From the IMG/VR virus record IMGVR_UViG_3300010355_001052: a stretch of 64,000 bases of DNA. One strand, 5' to 3'. Source of the stretch: an uncultured virus (IMG/VR IMGVR_UViG_3300010355_001052) (taxonomy: Duplodnaviria > Heunggongvirae > Uroviricota > Caudoviricetes). Shown piece by piece: positions 57,801-64,000 of the stretch. A program made the position numbers and the translations under genes. Under the pieces are notes generated by a model. That model did no database searches. It was given only the letters and a program-made list of their open reading frames with translations, and was not told where the DNA came from. Positions within the stretch are counted from its first letter, which is position 1; each line of letters starts with the position of its first letter.

Positions 57801-60800
57801 TCTAATGTGAATCCAGATTTCTTAAGTTGACCTAACATAAGATCAAGCTTACGCGTATTGAATAATCCAAATACTACATCATTAACAGCTTTAGATTTAA
57901 GATCATTAATAAAATCTTCAGCAGTACCTTTTTTATCAATAAACTCTTTTGCAAGTTCTAATAAAGCTTGACCGGTTTCTCCTTTACTAAATTCAGTTCT
58001 GGTATAACCATATACATCAGTCATTAATTTACCTACAACAGTTGTTGTACGTTCATAAGCTTGACCATTAATAATGTACGCTTTACCTTCAATAGTTTTA
58101 TTACCTATCTCAGCTTGTAGAGCTTTGATTTTATTAAGAGCTGCAGACTGTTCTTTAGTAGATGGTGTTCTTAGTGCTCTACCTTTTCTGTCATTTAAGT
58201 ATTTAGTAACTTGTTGAATATCACTTGCTCTTTCTTTAGTAGCAGATTTCTTTTGAAGAGCTACTAAATTTTTATAAAGCTTTTCAACTTCTTCTAGAGA
58301 CATGCTTTCAAAAGTAACTCCGGCCGGTAAATTATATGTGATTAACTGTGGTTCAAAAACAGGAGAAAGTTTTGGACTCTTAGCTCTTTGCTCATTGTTC
58401 CATTTGTTGATTATTCCTGATGCAGTTTGACTAGTTAACCAATTTTCTTTTAACTCATCTGTTACTTCTTCTGGTGTAAATTCATTAGTAGCTACCCAAG
58501 TTTCAAATGCAGGTTCTAATCTAGTTTTTAATTCCTCCGGATACTGAGCATATGTCATTTCTACAGGATCTACAATTAGAAGTTCTGGTGCAACTTCTGT
58601 TGTAGTACCATCTTCAGTTGTTTCTGCTTGAGCTACAGTTTCTTGTTCTTCTAATGTTTCTTTAAAACCTTCTTCTATAGCAGGTAAATGTTTATTCCAA
58701 ATAGCTAAAGCAGATTCGTATTCTGGAGTACCAATTTTAAATGTTTCTGAAGTATCAGTTTTAATAAAAGCTTGTGGCACCGGCATTTCTTTTTTACCAG
58801 TTTGTATTGCAGCAACCATTGCTGTAAGATCATTCTCTTCTACAAACCAACCATCTTCATAAAGTGCTTTGATTGCTCTGTTAAATTCAAACTTCTTAAC
58901 TGTTGCATGAATACCTTCTCTTACAAGTTTTGCACTTTCTTCATGTTGTCTTCTTGCTGCATTAGTTACACGAGCTGCAGTTTGAAGCATTGCTCTAGGA
59001 TCATTAAGATAGTTAATGTATTTAACTAGATTTACATTCTCTTTGTTCTTAGCGCGGAAGTCTAACATTAATTGGAAAGACTCTTCTAATTTTTCATTGA
59101 ATATGAAACTATTAGATTTACTGGCTAGATATTTTAGATAATTACTATATGCAGTTCTAGCACTTCCGGTAGCATCAACTTGAAATTGTTCTTGTAAATA
59201 GTTTACAGTTATTGGTTGTATTCTTTCACGAGGAACTACTTCCCCATTAGACAACAGATAGTTCATTGAATCTGACTCTACTATTTCTGCAGTAGCTGAT
59301 TCATCTTCTAATTCTTTAGAAGTATCATGAACTAATGTACCTGGTACATAGTTACCAAATTCATCTCTTTTTATTTCACTATTACTTACTTTAAAACCTT
59401 GTTCTTCAAGTCTAGTTTTAGTTTTTTCATATACATCTTTATCAAATGCAAATTCAGAATTACTCATAGCTTCTTCATAAGCTATAAGAAGATCCATTTT
59501 TTCTTTCTTTTCTGCAATGATCTTTTTTTCTTCTGGAGTACCAATTATAGATAAGGTCTCCATCTCTTGTTTAAGAATTGCAATCTCTTGTCTCAATGAA
59601 CTTGGATCCATCATCTTAGTTATCTCAATAGCATCCACTCCTTTTAGTGGACCATCAGTAGATAACTTAGTAACCATATCCTCAATACGTTGATTGTTAC
59701 GGTCCCAAGTAGACCAACCAAATATTAAAGATCTTTTCATTTCTTCAAATCCTAGATGAGCATATTCCATGCTCTTATATTCATTAGATCCTTTTTTATA
59801 TCTACTTGGATTATAAGGATTGCTAAGATTTTTATTTACATAATCATATCTTGTTTTAATTTTTTCAGCACGCTCTATAAAAGAGTCTAACATTTGATGT
59901 GCCTTATCACCATCTTTTTTATCTAGACCAAAAGCTTCAGCTAATTCTTCTGGTGACATGTTTTTGAAATCAGTAAACTTTTCTAATAGGTTTTCATAAT
60001 TTCCAGTACGTAATGCAATATAAGTTGCATCAAATCTTGCAGCATCCTGTGCATCTTTAGCTCCTCTGAAATCTCCAAACTGAACTGCTTCATACATGTC
60101 TTCAGCTATCTGACCTTGAGAAACTGCATGTTGCATATCAGGTGCAAAATAAGATTTCACATCTGAATGCATTTTGTTTAGATAATCTGCAGTTTGTTGA
60201 AGCTGTTTAAATCTCTGATCTTTATAAGCTTTATAGTCTCCTCTATTTACAGTATTATTCCATAGAGTAGAACCTGTCCAAGCTGGAAAAGACATAACAG
60301 GTTGAGTAATTGCCCCCATTAAAAATCCAGAAGCAAATGTTTCTAAACCTTGGAAAGAGATTTGTTTTTCTGCATTAGAAAATAATTGACCCATGAATGT
60401 TTCATATGATCCTCTATCTTTAGAACCATATGTAGATAATGCATGATCTATAGCTGCTCCGGAAATTGATTCCTGAATATTTTCTTGTAGACCTTCTGCT
60501 ATATTTCCTTTAAAATATCCACTAACAAATTTTCCATATTTTCTTGGAGAAATAAATGCTTTACCAATTAGCTTAGCTTTATTTAGTCTAGTACCTTCAT
60601 ATACTGTGTATCCAGTTTTTTTATTAAAAACAGTAGCAGCACCGGATTCATCTATAATAGTATCAAGAGGTTTTATAGTTTTAGGCTCTAATCTTTTAAA
60701 GATACTTTCATACATTATTTTATTAGACCATAGAATAACCGGCATGTTCCAATATGCAGTTCTATAAGCTTCTGATTGTGCTAATTGATGAATATCTTCA

Positions 60801-61951
60801 AGATCTTTACCAACCGGTTCTTTACCTTCATGTGAATCTTTATATTGATCAATTAGTTTTTCAGTAGCATCAATTTGAACTAGACCACCTTCTAATTTAG
60901 CTTCTGTTACAGCACCTTTGATATCTCTGAAATCTCTTGCAAATTCTCCAAATGTATTTGTATACTTTACAATTTTTGAAATTTCTCCTGTATGCCCTAC
61001 ACCTTTCATAAGATCCATTGAATGACTAAATGGATTTACTATTCTACCGGTTGCGGATATTGTTTTACCAAGCTTATTACTATTCCAGAAAGTTTTTAAT
61101 TCACTTACCTTACTTAAATTTCTATATGATTGAAGTGCTTTATTACCTGTTTTCCAAGCTTCCCACATTCTAAATCCACCTCTAGTACCAGTAGCTATCA
61201 TACCAGGTACAGTAGCTGGAGCAGCAGTACCAGCTGTTAAAGCAGTAACTCCAATTAAAGCTAATTCTTCAGCTAACATTTCTAAACCAATACCTACTGA
61301 ATAACCAGAATTTAAAAATGTATTTACAAAGAATCCACTAGCACCTTCTTTAGAAGAAGAACCAATAGCCATTGCTTTATTCATTTCACGAGCACCTACT
61401 AAATCTGGAGACATAGGTTCTCCAGATAAAATATCACCCCAAGATGTAATACCAGACTTAAAACCTGTCCATGCTAGATTTCCCCATTGACCAGCAGCAC
61501 GAGATAATTCATCTCCAAATGTAGCATGCTTGTTATAGAGTTCTTCGTTATTACGGTAAGGGTTAAATCCTAATTGAGATGCTTTAGAATGAGAATAATA
61601 TCTTTCAAAGTTAGCTCCATCAGCGCCTCCATTAAAAGTATATGGTTGCATTTGTTTAAATGGGTCCTGTACTTTGTCTACAGTTTGAGAAAGTTTATCT
61701 CTCTGTGCATTGATAAAATCCGTGTTGTCTATAACAGGAACTTCACCATTAAATTCTGCTTTCTTTTTTAAACCAGGGTTAGGTCCAGTTAATGGATTAC
61801 CTACTACTTGTTCTTTAATACCATATCCAACCGGTATAGGATTATACGGAGATGGTGTATTAATTGAAGGTTCAAAATCAGCGGGAAGTCCTAGAGACTT
61901 ATTTACCTTAGCATTTTGTTGTTGTCTTTGTAAGTCTAATTCTTCTGGCAT
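54812..61951 (-). CDS. large virion/ejected protein with PD-(D/E)xK nuclease and ASCH-like domains
   Basis: 2379 aa; AGTLDLL...IYDIKT...QLSIY; ILEGKKNLT...YAKAQGYGSWDEF. Confidence 0.75.
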   Translation of the reverse strand: MPEELDLQRQQQNAKVNKSLGLPADFEPSINTPSPYNPIPVGYGIKEQVVGNPLTGPNPGLKKKAEFNGEVPVIDNTDFINAQRDKLSQTVDKVQDPFKQMQPYTFNGGADGANFERYYSHSKASQLGFNPYRNNEELYNKHATFGDELSRAAGQWGNLAWTGFKSGITSWGDILSGEPMSPDLVGAREMNKAMAIGSSSKEGASGFFVNTFLNSGYSVGIGLEMLAEELALIGVTALTAGTAAPATVPGMIATGTRGGFRMWEAWKTGNKALQSYRNLSKVSELKTFWNSNKLGKTISATGRIVNPFSHSMDLMKGVGHTGEISKIVKYTNTFGEFARDFRDIKGAVTEAKLEGGLVQIDATEKLIDQYKDSHEGKEPVGKDLEDIHQLAQSEAYRTAYWNMPVILWSNKIMYESIFKRLEPKTIKPLDTIIDESGAATVFNKKTGYTVYEGTRLNKAKLIGKAFISPRKYGKFVSGYFKGNIAEGLQENIQESISGAAIDHALSTYGSKDRGSYETFMGQLFSNAEKQISFQGLETFASGFLMGAITQPVMSFPAWTGSTLWNNTVNRGDYKAYKDQRFKQLQQTADYLNKMHSDVKSYFAPDMQHAVSQGQIAEDMYEAVQFGDFRGAKDAQDAARFDATYIALRTGNYENLLEKFTDFKNMSPEELAEAFGLDKKDGDKAHQMLDSFIERAEKIKTRYDYVNKNLSNPYNPSRYKKGSNEYKSMEYAHLGFEEMKRSLIFGWSTWDRNNQRIEDMVTKLSTDGPLKGVDAIEITKMMDPSSLRQEIAILKQEMETLSIIGTPEEKKIIAEKKEKMDLLIAYEEAMSNSEFAFDKDVYEKTKTRLEEQGFKVSNSEIKRDEFGNYVPGTLVHDTSKELEDESATAEIVESDSMNYLLSNGEVVPRERIQPITVNYLQEQFQVDATGSARTAYSNYLKYLASKSNSFIFNEKLEESFQLMLDFRAKNKENVNLVKYINYLNDPRAMLQTAARVTNAARRQHEESAKLVREGIHATVKKFEFNRAIKALYEDGWFVEENDLTAMVAAIQTGKKEMPVPQAFIKTDTSETFKIGTPEYESALAIWNKHLPAIEEGFKETLEEQETVAQAETTEDGTTTEVAPELLIVDPVEMTYAQYPEELKTRLEPAFETWVATNEFTPEEVTDELKENWLTSQTASGIINKWNNEQRAKSPKLSPVFEPQLITYNLPAGVTFESMSLEEVEKLYKNLVALQKKSATKERASDIQQVTKYLNDRKGRALRTPSTKEQSAALNKIKALQAEIGNKTIEGKAYIINGQAYERTTTVVGKLMTDVYGYTRTEFSKGETGQALLELAKEFIDKKGTAEDFINDLKSKAVNDVVFGLFNTRKLDLMLGQLKKSGFTLENVASSLDELAFEHTTIRGNQVDNHIREFFEKGELGPKPAYFTDEAYKELGSILRKIRNKLTADGYVVQATDFTVWDQNAGVAGTLDLLLIDKKGNYIIYDIKTGSTSKWEGYEDPKGKLPHSVSMMENTLQLSIYKNILQNQSGIPVKGLAILPISTTEDLDGNVTSVAMPRKDDAGNPVSIKLNYDSSVETVVPITADIKPAPVEEPIVKEAVEVKQVQEVAKNRIKYLTGYLKSLRDNIKNQDLLIRTTEDNLAADQKELDASIERVVELRTFLERGSAKELKGKKRAIKAEIKSIQSRINVLEQNLEKLKAERQRVTLQRQRLDMLLNVTIDAYDEALAGKVSKADTMKAYLQDRLTKIKEELGFRAMFLEEEIETIQSRISTLRQALINLGMADELIDLHLAGDLIPEIKTRIKNIDDNVKGYRSPEFRGQREALGILLQRLTKSKNNTFPKQFNKITADLIKNFQHLSKVQFEHREAVKALEPSSKTRDMYFVLSEAQQAMENMELAPVKPAPVQAKPESAPVNKAAEPVVEPKGKPQFERFVGNKYYAPGSGKTYTITSAESDYVVSTDQDGNVVQWKGKQLEATVLSGRLLLDSNDDQKVADSKPVITFNNDQPEKILEGKKNLTVEPMGTKPGLYVINRKDPAGKVEATEIEVSLVLMGASMINTEGVEPEVWINGNAVELLKQNGVNSVYDNGNQVTIISSTDYAKAQGYGSWDEFKKDNGQLEEYIKGTEAFSIYAVKPRVIAKPVIAPVEGIQIATDRSPKAKAKLKKLGFTEAMVDVMTEDDFQEAMTFTSVEDSVELLTKYAKANQPEIVSLQQAKGMIETAQSLEDLNTVEEKLIELLSLGQLESTEGISTLIDNRRQEMLINPVASSLKKGTRVLVNGVQFRVTNDPSKGNTVNLKQIAGTETMKIPSEDTSFVIDSIVDPTLNPEPVTKEVDKEALESIKQTVAAANELTDQEFDEDAATGKAKYSKGSALKGFKKKKC

Positions 61952-61960
61952 AAGGTAATG

Positions 61961-64000
61961 TTATTGATTTTGTGTTGGAGGAATATAACCTTGTATAGGA
62001 TATCCTAAAGAGTTCCAATATGCTGCTTGCTGATCTCCTACAAAATTAGATTGTTCAATAGTATAAAGTATATTTTTGATTTCATTATTTATGAGTTCAA
62101 TGTTAGTTCCTTGAGGCCATGTTTGTACAAAGGCATCAGCTTTTACTTTTACATTATTATCCCATCTTATTATACTTCCATCTACTTTATATTGACCAGT
62201 TTGCTCATCTGCTTTAATTGTCAGATTACCTCCATTAGGAATATCATATTTAATACCACCACCATAACGTGCTATGAGATCAAGGTTTTTAGATTCTTGT
62301 GATCTATTGTCTAGACTAATATCTTGGTTATCGTAGTAGATAGTGAATCCGTTTGTTAATTGATCTTTATAACCATAACCAACACCTGGTTGGTTTTCAG
62401 TACCAACAATTTTATCTAAATATTCTTGATCAAAATATAATGTTCTTGCTCCAGTATTTGCATTCTTACCAGCAATTGGAGCCATTTCATAACTAAATAC
62501 AGGTCTACCCGCTTGATCTGATTTATATCTTGTAGTAAGGTCTCTTGATATAGTATTAAAAAGGGCTAGATATCCTAGTTCATTTTCACCAAATTTGGCA
62601 TCATCTAAATTATCTTCAGTAGGTTTACCAAATCCAAATTGTAATTGAGTAGCTTTTTCAGAGAATACTTTAAACTCCGAATTGATTTGTTGCATAATTG
62701 GAGATCCCCATTTAGCAGCATCTACCACAGGAAATAATTGTACATTAGCATGAATTTCACTACCACCTTTAAGCCCAAATCCTTGATCAACCATTGACCC
62801 TTTAGAGTTAAAAGTTTCATAGAATTTTTCAGTAATTAACTCATAGGCATCTCTAGCATCAGCTAAGATATTTCTATGAGCATCAATATTTTGTTGTTTA
62901 TTAGTTTTATATAAACTCAATTTATTAACTGAACTAGCTGTACTCTTACGTTCAACCATCCCAAATCTAGTTGGTATTGATTCAACTTTTTCTCCTATAC
63001 CTAATGGAGTTCCTGTTTCAGGATCAAATGATTCATTATAATATTTTTCATTCTTGTGTTTATTTATAAAGTTGTTTATAAAACTTTCTTCTCCTACAAG
63101 AAATCCATTATTTAAGATTAGATCCGCATCTTTATAATAATCTGGTCTTTTTCCAATATCACCTTTATTTACAAAAGAACTTTGACCTTGGATAGAACTT
63201 ATAATCTGATTATTATTATCAACTACAAATTTTACAGTAGCATCAGTTGCTTGTTTTTGAATATCAATGTTTTGTATTCTTTGAGTGTTTTCTCTGATAA
63301 ATCCTTGGGCCCAACTATTATCACATGTACTACATGGTGTTAAAAGTTCAGTAGTTGTTGCTGTATAAAGTTTATCTAAAAGAGATGGATCTTTAGCAAT
63401 TTCATTTGCTATTTGTTCAACACTAACATTTTTCTGACCGGGTTTACCAGCATTAGCTAAATTGTAAACTTTCTCTACAAATTGTTTAGCACCTGGACTA
63501 GTTCCTTTGGTATTATTAACTGCACGTAATGCATCTTTAAGAAATGCAACTTGATCTTGAGCTTTAAGTGAAAGTAACTCTCTAGCTTTTGCTTGATTTA
63601 ATTCAAATGGTGTACTAATATCTTCTCCTGTAAGAGTGGCAGTAGCATATAATTCATCTGTTTTAAGAATAGGTTCAGCACCTAAACTCATATTAGCAGG
63701 TCCTGCTTCTTTTAAATCAGAGATACCATCTAAGAATCCGTTTTCTAGATTATAATCAAATTGAGCTTTATCTATAGAAAGATCATGTTCAAACTGTAAT
63801 CTTTCTAAATCATTTACTCTATTAATCTCAGCCATTGTCATGGAATTTCTTAATGACAATGATGATTGATGACTAGCAAATGCATATGGATTTTCTTTCA
63901 TAGTCATCTCAGCTCCTTTTAAAGAAAGGACTTGAGCTGCATTAGTAAAATCATATTGTGATAACATATAAGCTGCTGCAGCATCTGCTCTAGATCTTAG
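61961..64000 (-). CDS. large virion-associated protein, 5'-truncated by the window edge
   Basis: frame stays open to 64000 (LRSRADAAAAYM...). Confidence 0.7.
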   Translation of the reverse strand, partial: LRSRADAAAAYMLSQYDFTNAAQVLSLKGAEMTMKENPYAFASHQSSLSLRNSMTMAEINRVNDLERLQFEHDLSIDKAQFDYNLENGFLDGISDLKEAGPANMSLGAEPILKTDELYATATLTGEDISTPFELNQAKARELLSLKAQDQVAFLKDALRAVNNTKGTSPGAKQFVEKVYNLANAGKPGQKNVSVEQIANEIAKDPSLLDKLYTATTTELLTPCSTCDNSWAQGFIRENTQRIQNIDIQKQATDATVKFVVDNNNQIISSIQGQSSFVNKGDIGKRPDYYKDADLILNNGFLVGEESFINNFINKHKNEKYYNESFDPETGTPLGIGEKVESIPTRFGMVERKSTASSVNKLSLYKTNKQQNIDAHRNILADARDAYELITEKFYETFNSKGSMVDQGFGLKGGSEIHANVQLFPVVDAAKWGSPIMQQINSEFKVFSEKATQLQFGFGKPTEDNLDDAKFGENELGYLALFNTISRDLTTRYKSDQAGRPVFSYEMAPIAGKNANTGARTLYFDQEYLDKIVGTENQPGVGYGYKDQLTNGFTIYYDNQDISLDNRSQESKNLDLIARYGGGIKYDIPNGGNLTIKADEQTGQYKVDGSIIRWDNNVKVKADAFVQTWPQGTNIELINNEIKNILYTIEQSNFVGDQQAAYWNSLGYPIQGYIPPTQNQ

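Noticed and set aside
40387..62302. Short + strand ORFs inside the giant genes, and short - strand ORFs inside early genes
   Set aside because: Antisense shadows of long, well-supported ORFs, with no motifs or promoter elements
38049..64000. Stop-codon reassignment as in some crAss-like phages
   Set aside because: The giant genes are uninterrupted in the standard code and no suppressor tRNA is visible

Overview
AT-rich double-stranded DNA phage segment, most consistent with a crAss-like (Crassvirales-type) phage of a Bacteroidota host. Positions 1-38020 are mostly + strand early and replication genes: many small ORFs, SF2 helicase, two MoxR-type AAA+/VWA pairs, WGR-ATP-dependent ligase, UDG, DnaB, a RecT-like annealing protein split by a group I intron, primase, family B DNA polymerase and a MazG-like NTP pyrophosphatase. 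A small antisense membrane/lysis-like trio sits among them. Positions 38049-64000 hold four very large - strand genes, including a 3629-aa protein with the DFDID catalytic loop of crAss-type virion RNA polymerases. The most unusual observations are: (i) a cluster of unannotated structured RNAs at 1580-1990, two of which share a conserved internal-loop core; (ii) a tRNA scaffold at 15268-15374 whose 41-nt anticodon loop carries a bulged-hairpin module that recurs in a neighbouring non-tRNA RNA; (iii) two free-standing homing endonuclease cassettes that appear to have replaced the 5' end of polB and the 3' end of the MazG-like gene, leaving the alternative ends stranded. All calls come from reading motifs by eye; no searches or folding programs were run.
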